Shown here piece by piece: positions 18,016 through 26,827 of a stretch of 57,319 nt of DNA. Every line of letters begins with the position of its first letter. The first letter of the stretch is position 1. The stretch lies in IMG/VR virus record IMGVR_UViG_3300025520_000002. One strand, 5' to 3'. The position numbers and the translations under genes are program-made. This DNA is from a virus. The notes beneath the pieces were generated by a model. The model did not search any database and had not been told where the DNA came from. It was given only the letters and a program-made list of their open reading frames with translations.

Positions 18016-20077
18016 GTTGAGCAGTGTTGGTGACGGGAGTCCCGTCCGCCAGCTGCTGTCCGCCCCCGACCTGCGGCTGCATCTGCATTTGCTGCTGCGC
18101 CTGTGCCATCCAGCGCTGTTTGAGCACCTCGACCGGCGGGACCACCCGGTCGACCGGCATGTCGAGCCCCTTCGCCCCTTCGCGGAGCAGCTCTGCTGCT
18201 CCTTCCATGCCGATGACCTGTTGGGCGATCGGGCTCTGGAGGACCAGCTGGAGGTACTCGTTGCGACGCAGTTGCGCTTGCTCCTTTGCCACCAGCGACC
18301 TGGCGCCAGACGCGACGATGTACAGGTCGCCGCGCTTGAGATCCGTATCGGCGCTAGAGTCAATCATGTTGTTGTAGTACAGGCGTTCCAGGCACGGTTC
18401 GAGCACGCGTCCGTCCACGTTGCTGATGACCTGCTTGATGGTCTTCCCTGCGTTCGACATCAGCATGCTCATGCCGCTCGCCGTACGCCCGGCGCCGCCG
18501 ACAGCGGAATCCCCGGTCATGTAGCGTGGGATGCCGGAGTACTCATCCGCGAGGACGGAGAACTTCTCATACACCCCCATCAGCTCTGCTGCGTTGCTGT
18601 TGGGCTGGAAGAAGTCGATCGCTGGCGCAGTGGACCCGAATGGGTCGGACTTCGTCTGCCAGATCTTCCACGGGTACATCTGGGTGATCTTCTCGCCGTC
18701 GGCCAGGCGCTGCATGTTCACAGACACCTGCGGGCCGGAGCCGATCCCCATGTTGTTCATCAGCGCGCGAGCGGCGCCATTGCATGCGTCCTGGCAGTCG
18801 GCGACGAGATCCACTACCGAGTTGCCCCAGAACATCCCCGGCACTTGTTCGTAGCTTGCGGCGGCGTAGGGCTTCCGGCCGAGGTCATCGGGGTTGATCA
18901 CCGCACGGATAACCGTGTTGTCTATCAGCCATACCTCGCAGTCGTACTCGCGGGCGGGGTCTGGGACCTGGTCCTTGGGCAGTCCCCACTCGCGCAGCAT
19001 CTCGCCAGAGACCGACCCCCAGAATTGCAGTGCGTCGATACGCGTATCACCGTCGCCGACACCGGTCATATACGGGTCGAGGCGCCCTTCGGCTGCGGCC
19101 TTCGCGGAGTCTGCCGACATCCAGTTGTGGAACCCGCCACGCCCGTGCAGTTCCAGCACCTCGCGGATGGCCTTCTCGTTGTACCCGTCGACACCGATCA
19201 TCTCGGTCAGCGCCCGGCGCGTCAGCGGGATGTGCTCGATCATGTACCCGTCGTCGACGTTCGTCGCAAACGGGCTCGGGTAGAAGCGGAAGGGGTCGAC
19301 GCGCTCCCACTCCATCACCAGCCGCTCGCCTACCTTGGGCACCCAGCCGGCAGCCTCCTGCACCCACTCCAGCCGGCGCTTGCGGCGAACGACCGGCCCT
19401 TTGATGATGGCGGTCGGGAATGTAACCAGGTCGTCAATGAACTCCGAGAACGCGCGCTGGAAACCTCCCTCGGAGAGTTGGTCCTCCATCTTCAGCGCCA
19501 TGCGGTCCGCTGCGTCGCGCGCCTCAGCGTGAATGTCGGCCATCATCCGGTCGCGGAGACGCATCAGTGCCTCTCGCATGCCGGCGACCGTAGGCACCTG
19601 CCCCGTCGTCATGATGTATTGCTGCGCAGTGGCTGCGGCCTCCTGCATCGCCTCTTCCATAAGGTCCGGGGGGAGTTCCGGTATAGCCGTCGGCTCTATC
19701 GTCCACGGGCGAGCGCTGCCCGTGCCACCGTATGTGTCGCGGAGCCAGCTCGAAGCTGCACGACATTTGTTGCTCGTGAGCATCATGTAGATCTCAGACC
19801 CGCCGAACTGTCGGATCTGCGAGAGCTTCTCCGGGTCGTACTCCCCGCGTCGGCGGCGCACTGCCGACAACATGCGCTTCTCCACGCTCTGCATCTTGGC
19901 GTCGCGCGCTGCGTGCCAGCACTTGCGGACGTACCCAGCGAGTCCCTGGATAACCTGCTGGTTCTGCCCGTCTGTCGGCGCCGCGGCGGTAGTGGCCGCG
20001 GCAGCTTGGGCCGGCGTCATCACGCGTACGAGTCCACTACCCGCGTACGCAACGCGATCAATCGCTCCATCAGCCAT
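18002..20077 (-). CDS. Portal protein (691 aa)
   Basis: Size; position upstream of scaffold and capsid; conserved-looking core (DEYSGIPRYMTGD, YPWKIWQT). Confidence 0.7.
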   Translation of the reverse strand: MADGAIDRVAYAGSGLVRVMTPAQAAAATTAAAPTDGQNQQVIQGLAGYVRKCWHAARDAKMQSVEKRMLSAVRRRRGEYDPEKLSQIRQFGGSEIYMMLTSNKCRAASSWLRDTYGGTGSARPWTIEPTAIPELPPDLMEEAMQEAAATAQQYIMTTGQVPTVAGMREALMRLRDRMMADIHAEARDAADRMALKMEDQLSEGGFQRAFSEFIDDLVTFPTAIIKGPVVRRKRRLEWVQEAAGWVPKVGERLVMEWERVDPFRFYPSPFATNVDDGYMIEHIPLTRRALTEMIGVDGYNEKAIREVLELHGRGGFHNWMSADSAKAAAEGRLDPYMTGVGDGDTRIDALQFWGSVSGEMLREWGLPKDQVPDPAREYDCEVWLIDNTVIRAVINPDDLGRKPYAAASYEQVPGMFWGNSVVDLVADCQDACNGAARALMNNMGIGSGPQVSVNMQRLADGEKITQMYPWKIWQTKSDPFGSTAPAIDFFQPNSNAAELMGVYEKFSVLADEYSGIPRYMTGDSAVGGAGRTASGMSMLMSNAGKTIKQVISNVDGRVLEPCLERLYYNNMIDSSADTDLKRGDLYIVASGARSLVAKEQAQLRRNEYLQLVLQSPIAQQVIGMEGAAELLREGAKGLDMPVDRVVPPVEVLKQRWMAQAQQQMQMQPQVGGGQQLADGTPVTNTAQPLTS

Positions 20078-23000
20078 TGCTGCTCCCCATCAGGCTCGCC
20101 GCCTTGGAAATGAATTGCTGGGCGCGTTCGCGGAGCACATGCTCGTCGTCGCGCGCCTCGGCCATGCCGACGACGTAGTCCATCACCGCCGGCCAGAAGA
20201 CCCGAAGAACCGGGAACTCGTCCTGCATCGCGTACCGCTCTGGTGCGTACGCCGCCGACACGTCCAGCGGATGTCCAAACTGCGCCGGCGGCGTAACGTA
20301 GAACCTGCGCGGGTCACCCTCGTACGGAATCCAATGCGCCGGGGTCGAAAGCTCCGCCGTCATCCAGTCGGGGTCGAAGCGCTCTACCAACTCACGTGTG
20401 GTGGGACGCAGTCCGGCAATCGACGAGATGCGGATGGTGGAAGCAAGCGGGAGCCGCTGTACGACGCCTTCCTCGCACTTGTGCTTGATGAGTGCTGTGA
20501 ACAGTTCCGGGCGTACCGTCGCCAGTACGGCGAGCGCATCGTTCGCGTACCCGAGCAGGTCATCACCTGAGTAACGATACGGCTCCCGGCGGTCTGACAG
20601 GACACCGCGCGCCTGCTCAACCAGGACAGCCATCGTGTTCTGCTGCTGTGCGTTCCGGATCACCCGGACCTGGAAGCTGAAGCTCTCGCTGTCGGTCTCC
20701 GTCAGCACCTGACACGTGACGGTGTATGTCGAAAGGTGGGTGCCCCCCGACAGTGAGATCGCTGCCATGCCCGCCAAGAACGAGGTGGCGACAACGGTCA
20801 GCCCCGGCGACGTCCACGCGATGGATGTGGGGGTGCGGCCCGCTAGCCAACTGGCCCAGTTGACCTGGTATGTGGCGACCGCCTCGGGGTCCTTCTCGTA
20901 TACCCACTTGTCCTGCACCATGTAAGCAACCGACATGGGAGGAACAGAGTTCGGCACGTGCTCCGGTTCAGGGGGCGGCACGGGAGGCACGCCCTGCACG
21001 ATGTTGGGCTGGTTTCCGGACAGCGTGAGCCATGCGCCGACCGGCGATACCGTGATCGGCTGCGGGGGGATAACGATCGGCGTGATTACGGAAGGCGCCC
21101 CGCCGGTGGCAGTGATCGTCCCGGCCCCAGGGGTCACAACCGGACCCGTCATTGCGACGGAATACCCAAGGAGTGACGCCATGCGCGAGGCGATCGTGAC
21201 GATCTCTGCGCTGCCTTCGTAGTGGAGCGTGTCGTATGCCGGGGTGGGGCTGTCCAGGTCCAGTACGCCGAGCACATGCTCGTTGCTCGCCATGCCCGCG
21301 AGGGCAGCGCGGAACAGCGCGCCGTTCGCCTTGGGCGTCGGGTTGGCGTGGCATGGCATGGTCAGGACCCACTCTGCGGTCTGCCCGGATGCGGCGAACG
21401 CATCCATGATGGCGTCGAGCTTGCCCGCGTAGAGAGACGGATCGAGACCTGTGCCAGTCGCGTCGTCGGACATCGAGCCTTCGCCCTGCCACCACAGAAC
21501 TGCTCTGCAGCTGCCAATGCGCTGCGCCGTCGCCTGGAGCGCGCCGTACAGTGTGTTGGTGTCCGTCGGGTTGTTGGCCTCCCACATGTCGATCGTGGAA
21601 CTGCCTCGCGCTGCCGGGACCACGGCGATCGGGACGCCAGCCGCCATGGCAAGAGTGGCCAGATGCCCGTAGTAGGTGCCGTTGCGACCGCCGCCGCTCC
21701 CGAACGCGGAGTACACCGCCACCGCAGGGTCGTGAAACGGATTGTCCGGGGTCTCGAAGTTCTCCCTCCATGTATGCGCGAAGTCGAACTCGACCGCCTT
21801 CCAGGTGGGGTTGGCAGAGGGGGGTACGGGCTGCAGGAACGACGGCGACCAACCGGCTGCATTGCTTTGTCCGGCGGCGATATACACGTCCCCCACGCCG
21901 ACCAACGTCAGCGATGCGGATACGGCCGTATCGTTTGCGAACCGGATCTCCAGGGCACCTTGCGCAGGGCCGGAGAGCGTGACCGTTGCATCAAAGGCCC
22001 CGCCTGACGGTGAGGCGACGAGGGTCGCCCAGCTCCCGCCGTTGAAGCGCCACTGGATCGCAGTTGGCGCACCGTCGTACTCACCGGTGATGCGCACCCC
22101 GGTGGCCTGGTTCGATCCATTGCGTTGGAACAGCCGGTAGTTACGAGCGCCGGCCGGATCAGGACTGCCGCCAGACATCGGGACAGTGAACGAGATCGAG
22201 TTCGCTTCGACGGTGATGTTCGCTACGTCCGCAGACACCACCACCGTGTTGTTACTGTACCGGGCGCGGAGCACTGCGGCGACGGCGACGGGCAGCACTG
22301 CATTTCCAGACCAAACACCAGCCGACGCGGAGAACCCGGACAGCGTCACCCACGTGCCCCCGCCATGCTGTACCTGCACTCCTGCGGGGGCGGTACCGGT
22401 GTATGTGCCGCTGATCGTCGTGGTCGTAGGGATGCTGCTGCCCGCCGTCGGCGACGTGATGGTGAGGCCGTCCGAGGGTACTACGTTCGCTTCGAGGGCG
22501 AAGAAGTCACGGCCGACGTTCTGGGTCGTCGCGTCGTCCAGGGAAGTGCCGCCCCAGAAGCGAACGCCGTGGAAAGCTACGTCAATAGTCGCGGCGCTGG
22601 ACTGGTTCCAGCCCAGATACACGCGCTTGGCGCTGGTGTCGTTCCAGTCGGTGCTGTCACTGCCCGCAGCATTGCGTGCGATGAGGATGCCCGTCGGAGT
22701 CGCCTCTTGCGTCCAGACGTTCGTGACCCCGGCCCGGCGGCGAAACCACATGACGATGGTCTTGTTCGCACCGTAGACAACCGCGGTTTGCGCGGCGCCT
22801 TCACCGGTGGAGCTTGCTGCGTTGATGTACCAGCCGTTGCCGTTGCTCTCGGCGACGACGAACGAGACAAGCGCAGTGCCCGCGTCATTACGGACAACGA
22901 ACGCGTTGACCGAATTGGCCGAGGTGGGGAGTGTCGCGCCGGTGGTGATGAGTACAGCGACCTGGAAGTCGCCCGTGCCAACCTGGAGCCCCTGCCCGAG

Positions 23001-23246
23001 GAACGTCGTGTTGCTGTAGCTCGCTGGGTTACCGAGCCGAATACCTGGGATGCCGTTGTAGGTTACGGCCGTGCGCGTACCAGTGACCGACATCGTCGGT
23101 GCTGTCGCACCGCCATAGAGGAACGGCTGGGCCTCCGGTACGGTGGTGTCAAACCCAGTGAAGTCCCAGGCAAGCGTGACCCCGGCCGCGGCCGGGATGG
23201 ACCCCCGCGATAGCGGTAGAGTCCGCTGGTCGTAACTTACAGGCAT
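20070..23246 (-). CDS. 1058-aa multidomain virion protein. N-terminal lectin/Ig-like region, SASA/SGNH-type carbohydrate O-acetylesterase, small beta domain and a C-terminal adaptor-like domain.
   Basis: Esterase signatures AAGQSNAAGW and LWWQGEGSMSD (aa ~450-690). Pro-rich linker PPVPPPEPEHVP. No stop codon and no SD before the in-frame Met771 or Met872. Confidence 0.6.
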   Translation of the reverse strand: MPVSYDQRTLPLSRGSIPAAAGVTLAWDFTGFDTTVPEAQPFLYGGATAPTMSVTGTRTAVTYNGIPGIRLGNPASYSNTTFLGQGLQVGTGDFQVAVLITTGATLPTSANSVNAFVVRNDAGTALVSFVVAESNGNGWYINAASSTGEGAAQTAVVYGANKTIVMWFRRRAGVTNVWTQEATPTGILIARNAAGSDSTDWNDTSAKRVYLGWNQSSAATIDVAFHGVRFWGGTSLDDATTQNVGRDFFALEANVVPSDGLTITSPTAGSSIPTTTTISGTYTGTAPAGVQVQHGGGTWVTLSGFSASAGVWSGNAVLPVAVAAVLRARYSNNTVVVSADVANITVEANSISFTVPMSGGSPDPAGARNYRLFQRNGSNQATGVRITGEYDGAPTAIQWRFNGGSWATLVASPSGGAFDATVTLSGPAQGALEIRFANDTAVSASLTLVGVGDVYIAAGQSNAAGWSPSFLQPVPPSANPTWKAVEFDFAHTWRENFETPDNPFHDPAVAVYSAFGSGGGRNGTYYGHLATLAMAAGVPIAVVPAARGSSTIDMWEANNPTDTNTLYGALQATAQRIGSCRAVLWWQGEGSMSDDATGTGLDPSLYAGKLDAIMDAFAASGQTAEWVLTMPCHANPTPKANGALFRAALAGMASNEHVLGVLDLDSPTPAYDTLHYEGSAEIVTIASRMASLLGYSVAMTGPVVTPGAGTITATGGAPSVITPIVIPPQPITVSPVGAWLTLSGNQPNIVQGVPPVPPPEPEHVPNSVPPMSVAYMVQDKWVYEKDPEAVATYQVNWASWLAGRTPTSIAWTSPGLTVVATSFLAGMAAISLSGGTHLSTYTVTCQVLTETDSESFSFQVRVIRNAQQQNTMAVLVEQARGVLSDRREPYRYSGDDLLGYANDALAVLATVRPELFTALIKHKCEEGVVQRLPLASTIRISSIAGLRPTTRELVERFDPDWMTAELSTPAHWIPYEGDPRRFYVTPPAQFGHPLDVSAAYAPERYAMQDEFPVLRVFWPAVMDYVVGMAEARDDEHVLRERAQQFISKAASLMGSSNG

Positions 23247-23262
23247 GGCGGCTCCCGCGCGC

Positions 23263-23721
23263 TTAGACGATCACGATCCAGCCGGCGGTCGGGCAGTTGA
23301 CCGTCAGCGGGTATCCGTCCGTCGTCGCGGGGACGTTCGCCGGAGTGGTATCTCCAAGGAAATAGCCGAGCAGCGGGTCCGTGACGCCCCACAGAGCACC
23401 CTCGACGTAGAGCACGCCATACCGCCAGGCCGGGATATTGCCGCCTGCAGCGGTCCACACAGCGTTGGAGCTAGAGAGCTTCCAGCCGTTAGTGACAGCC
23501 GTCTTGGTGAGGGATACGAGCGTGGCGCCGCCAGGTGTGTAGCCACTGCCGCCCGTGATCTCATGGGCGCTCACGTCCGCCCAAGTGTCGTGCCCGCTGG
23601 TACCGACGTCAGGCACATAGCTGCTCGACAGCAGCGCGATCTTCACCGTTGCGCCGAGCAAATCGTCGATGTTGATCGCGTCCTTGTTGGCGCTGTAAAT
23701 CGTGGTGTTACCGGCTGCCAT
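23263..23721 (-). CDS. Hypothetical virion-module protein (152 aa)
   Basis: Strong RBS AGGAGG; beta-rich sequence; two motif copies upstream. Confidence 0.55.
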   Translation of the reverse strand: MAAGNTTIYSANKDAINIDDLLGATVKIALLSSSYVPDVGTSGHDTWADVSAHEITGGSGYTPGGATLVSLTKTAVTNGWKLSSSNAVWTAAGGNIPAWRYGVLYVEGALWGVTDPLLGYFLGDTTPANVPATTDGYPLTVNCPTAGWIVIV

Positions 23722-23763
23722 GTCTGCCTCCTGGGGCTGGGGGTCTACGTCCTTACATCATCA

Positions 23764-23774
23764 CGTGTTAGCAT
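23764..23774 (-). promoter_or_regulatory. Motif variant ATGCTAACACG
   Basis: 42 nt upstream of the ATG at 23721. Confidence 0.5.
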
Positions 23775-23812
23775 ATCAAGTGCTTGTCTTCTGTCCAGAG
23801 CATTGCTTTACC

Positions 23813-23828
23813 TGTCAAGGTGTTAGCT
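23813..23828 (-). promoter_or_regulatory. Motif variant AGCTAACACCTTGACA
   Basis: Starts within the TerL stop codon TAG. Confidence 0.55.
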
Positions 23829-25293
23829 ATGTCCAGCCGCCGGATGAGATCGTCTCGATCGGCTGCGCCTTGACGTCGTGCGCAGCCCCGACGAGTTCTG
23901 CCCCGCCGGCGTTCAGGCAGAGGTACTGGAAGCTGTCCGCCAGGTCCGACCAGGGGTGTGACTTCTCGGGCGAGACCTCCGTCTCCCCTTTGCTGTTGGT
24001 CTTGTAGCGATACTTGCCGGCGAGTGCCTGGACCAGGGGGGCGGCGTGCGTCGGGCACAGGAGAACCCCCGGCTCCCCGTCCACCAGTCGCGTAAGCAAT
24101 GCATCCACCGCGCCCAGTCGAGCTGGTAGTGTGTTGTTGGTGCATGCCGCCTTGACCATGAATCCTTCGGCCTTGTAGATGTCGGCCACTGTCCGTTCGT
24201 CGGTCTGCGCCCGCTGAAACGCCGCCGGGTCGACGAGCACTACGCTTCTACGCCCAGGGAACCGGTTGGCCAGCACGGGCTTGAGCTTTTCGCGGATGAA
24301 CCGAAGCGCCCCCATCCCCTCCGACGGGATGGCGTGGTAGACCAGCAGCCGGCCGCGGTAGTCCACCTCCCCGATCGACACTGCCGGTGAGAGCCCCGCA
24401 TCCGCCCCGATGAGCAGCAGCCCGCTCGACGCTGTCTGGATGAGCAGCTCGCTCTTGGCGACGTGGATGGATCGGTTGAACGCCTTGTGCACCGGCTGGC
24501 CGGAGAGCGACTTGCCGAACTTGGCGTGGATGTAGACGTCGATGTAGTCCTGCTTCTTCCCCGCGGCGAGGTTCTCGTAGTAGTCCGCCGGCAGGTACTT
24601 GATCCAGTCCGCCTCCGGCGACATGCCGCTGGGCTGGATGGTCACGTGGGTGTTCTCGGGCGGATCGGAGAGGAACGTCTCCCAGAACGTATCCATGTCA
24701 GGCGGGTTACTCGCCCCCCACAGGTGCGCGTTGGGCTGGCCGTCCTCGGTGACACACCCGCCGACCGGGCTCCCCTTCTTGTCGAGCCCCCACTCCGGTC
24801 GATGCGGCACCATCATCTTGTCCGGGTATCGGCCAAGACGCCCCTGCAGTGCTTCGAAGATGTCCTTGTTGTGCTCCCGGAACTCCTCCAACACGGCGAA
24901 ACTCGTCTGCAGCGAGAGCAGGCGGCGCACGTCGTCAGCGTCGTCCAGGCCGCGGAACAGCACCTCGCACTCCACGTCGTTGAACTGGAGCACGAACCGG
25001 TACTCCGTCTTGTAGAACGTGCCGGCCACGCCGTCCTGGTAGATCTTCAGGAAGTCCGGGATGCTCGTGTCGCGCAGCTGCTCCTTGGTGTTGCGCACCC
25101 ATACACACCGGGACCGCCGGATACCGTCCTTGCAGGGGGCCATGCGTGCCGCGTGGTACGCGATCTTCGCCAGGCTGGCCGATGTCTTGGTCGAGCCGAC
25201 CGGCCCCACCACCAGGCTGATGAATTTCTCCGAGGTGAAGAAGTCGTAAAGCGATGCAACCGGCTCGATGACCAGGTTGTTGTCGTCAGCCAC
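23827..25293 (-). CDS. terL: Terminase large subunit (488 aa)
   Basis: Walker A VGPVGSTKTS, Walker B-like FAVLEEF, and a C-terminal RNaseH-fold nuclease region (LLIGADAGLSP...). Confidence 0.85.
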   Translation of the reverse strand: MADDNNLVIEPVASLYDFFTSEKFISLVVGPVGSTKTSASLAKIAYHAARMAPCKDGIRRSRCVWVRNTKEQLRDTSIPDFLKIYQDGVAGTFYKTEYRFVLQFNDVECEVLFRGLDDADDVRRLLSLQTSFAVLEEFREHNKDIFEALQGRLGRYPDKMMVPHRPEWGLDKKGSPVGGCVTEDGQPNAHLWGASNPPDMDTFWETFLSDPPENTHVTIQPSGMSPEADWIKYLPADYYENLAAGKKQDYIDVYIHAKFGKSLSGQPVHKAFNRSIHVAKSELLIQTASSGLLLIGADAGLSPAVSIGEVDYRGRLLVYHAIPSEGMGALRFIREKLKPVLANRFPGRRSVVLVDPAAFQRAQTDERTVADIYKAEGFMVKAACTNNTLPARLGAVDALLTRLVDGEPGVLLCPTHAAPLVQALAGKYRYKTNSKGETEVSPEKSHPWSDLADSFQYLCLNAGGAELVGAAHDVKAQPIETISSGGWT

Positions 25294-25744
25294 GCAGCTC
25301 TGCCCTCGTGAACGTCAGCGTGTCGATGCCCATGCCGCACCCGACGTCCAGGTCGCACGCTACCTGCACCGCCTGCCTGGCGTTCTTTCCCAGGTGCATG
25401 GCTGCCAGGGCGAAGTGGATGCCACTGCCGATCGCCCTCTTCTGCTCGTGGAACACGATCGGGTACGGCGAGTCCTCGTAGGTGAGGGTCTTGCCTGAGG
25501 GCAGCACGACCAGTGCTTCGCTCTCACTCTCTTCGAGTGCTTTGGGCCAGGTGTTCAGGTCGAAGCCCGTCTGCGCCCAATGGACGAACGCCTGCATGTC
25601 GAACGCGCGACCAGCCACGCCGATCAGCACCGGCCCGTCTTCTGTCTGGACCTTGGCGATTTTCGTTGTAGCCATGCGCGTGTTCGCGCCGGTGGCCTGC
25701 CGGTCGGCGGCCAGGGTTTTGCCGTCCCAAGCGATGCAGGTCAT
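25286..25744 (-). CDS. HslV-like (proteasome beta-type) Ntn peptidase (152 aa)
   Basis: [32 protein letters not shown] aligns by eye with the HslV N-terminus [35 protein letters not shown]. Thr2 nucleophile, conserved Lys and the AIGSG motif are present. Confidence 0.7.
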   Translation of the reverse strand: [152 protein letters not shown]

Positions 25745-26232
25745 CAGAACTCCTCTGTCGGAAGTGCGACCTCCGCGAGCGCGGTGAGGTCGATGTTGAT
25801 GTTCGGCACCGCGGTGGCAGTGCCTTCGATGACACGGCCCTTGGGGGGCTGGAGGTTGAAGGTGATGCTGAACTTAGGACCTGTGTCGGCCTGCACTGCC
25901 TGCTTGGCTCCAATGCCGGCGCCCTTGAACAGCACGTCCAGGTACTTGACGTCCACTTCCTTCAGGCTGCGTGCGGAGACCGCCTTGGTGCAGTGCTCCA
26001 TGTGAGCGATGGCATGCATGCGCACGCGCGCCTGGTCCATCTCCCCCGTCTTCTCCAGCTGGCGGCGCTGCTCGGTGACTGCACGCTCAAGCTCGGGGCT
26101 GCGCAGTAGGTAGGCGACCTGCTCGTTCTCGAATCCGAAGTCACGAAGCACCTGCTCCGGGTCGGTCATGCCGAACGCCAGGGCAAGCACTGCTTTGTGC
26201 GGGACGTCGTAGAGGGAGATTTGATTCGACAT
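25744..26232 (-). CDS. First late gene (162 aa), candidate small terminase subunit
   Basis: Called from position only (two genes upstream of terL, first gene of the operon); no diagnostic motif. Confidence 0.35.
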   Translation of the reverse strand: MSNQISLYDVPHKAVLALAFGMTDPEQVLRDFGFENEQVAYLLRSPELERAVTEQRRQLEKTGEMDQARVRMHAIAHMEHCTKAVSARSLKEVDVKYLDVLFKGAGIGAKQAVQADTGPKFSITFNLQPPKGRVIEGTATAVPNINIDLTALAEVALPTEEF

Positions 26233-26237
26233 GCTTA

Positions 26238-26249
26238 CCTGTTAGCACA
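26238..26249 (-). promoter_or_regulatory. Motif variant TGTGCTAACAGG
   Basis: 5 nt upstream of the ATG at 26232; just downstream of the minus-strand terminator. Confidence 0.5.
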
Positions 26250-26264
26250 TCTGAGGAGGCCTGT

Positions 26265-26294
26265 CAAAAAAGACGCCCTGGTGTGAGCAGGGCG
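26265..26294 (-). terminator. Rho-independent terminator on the minus strand, about 30 nt upstream of the first late gene
   Basis: Minus-strand sense CGCCCTG-ctcacac-CAGGGCG followed by TCTTTTTTG. Confidence 0.7.
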
Positions 26295-26351
26295 AAGAGG
26301 AGACCACAAGGAGGTGAATCGAGTGTACGGGTGGCTGGTTGGCGGGTCAAG

Positions 26352-26369
26352 CTGCTAACGGTTTAGCAG
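26352..26369. promoter_or_regulatory. Palindromic motif variant CTGCTAAcggtTTAGCAG
   Basis: 7-bp perfect arms, inside the non-coding leader. Confidence 0.5.
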
Positions 26370-26769
26370 GAGGTTGGGGATAGGGCTAGCTCTGTGGGCG
26401 ATACCTAAGGGGGGTACCCCCCTGCGCGAGCGTGGTCCGGGTAGGGGGGTGGTAGGGCCGCCCGCCGGGCCATCTGGTGTCGGCGTGGCATAGGTGCAGG
26501 ACCGGCAAAGCACCGCCGGGGGGTCAGAGTTCTACAGAACGCCCGATCCCTGCCGTACAGGGTAAGAGCATGCACCGCACGACACGCGGGATTGTCTCCG
26601 GTAGGCGAAGCCATAGCGCGGACGGTGCGCACAAACCCATAGCGGGCGAGTGCCGCAACCTGAAGAACGTAGAGAATTGGCACGCCGAGTCGTCGAATGG
26701 TTCCGACCATGCAGGCCGTTAAAATCGGTAGCACTGGGGCGCCCAAGACACTAAATAGCTGTTTGACTA

Positions 26770-26794
26770 CATCACATGCGCGTTTCGTGTGATG
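26770..26794. promoter_or_regulatory. Inverted repeat CATCACA-N11-TGTGATG, candidate operator upstream of the first rightward gene
   Basis: 7-bp perfect arms; sits between a TTGACT hexamer (26763..26768) and the motif copy at 26803. Confidence 0.35.
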
Positions 26795-26802
26795 CACTCA
26801 AC

Positions 26803-26817
26803 CTGCTAACTACTTAG
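26803..26817 (+). promoter_or_regulatory. Motif copy CTGCTAACTACTTAG
   Basis: 10 nt upstream of the ATG at 26828; overlaps the RBS. Confidence 0.6.
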
Positions 26818-26827
26818 GAGTGTAACC

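Larger units (their letters stand above)
26295..26800. ncRNA. Candidate structured non-coding leader, or pac region (strand and extent uncertain)
   Basis: No ORF with the phage's GC3 bias. GC-rich helices. 14-bp palindrome GGGGGGTACCCCCC at 26409..26422. Dyad CTGCTAAcggtTTAGCAG at 26352..26369. Bounded by the minus-strand terminator. Confidence 0.25.

Noticed and set aside
26405-26797. 130-aa minus-strand ORF in the inter-arm region
   Set aside because: Many codons end in A or T, unlike every confident gene here. There is no RBS, and the protein is Arg/Pro/Ala-rich with no motif. The region is treated as non-coding leader, though a short real gene cannot be fully excluded.
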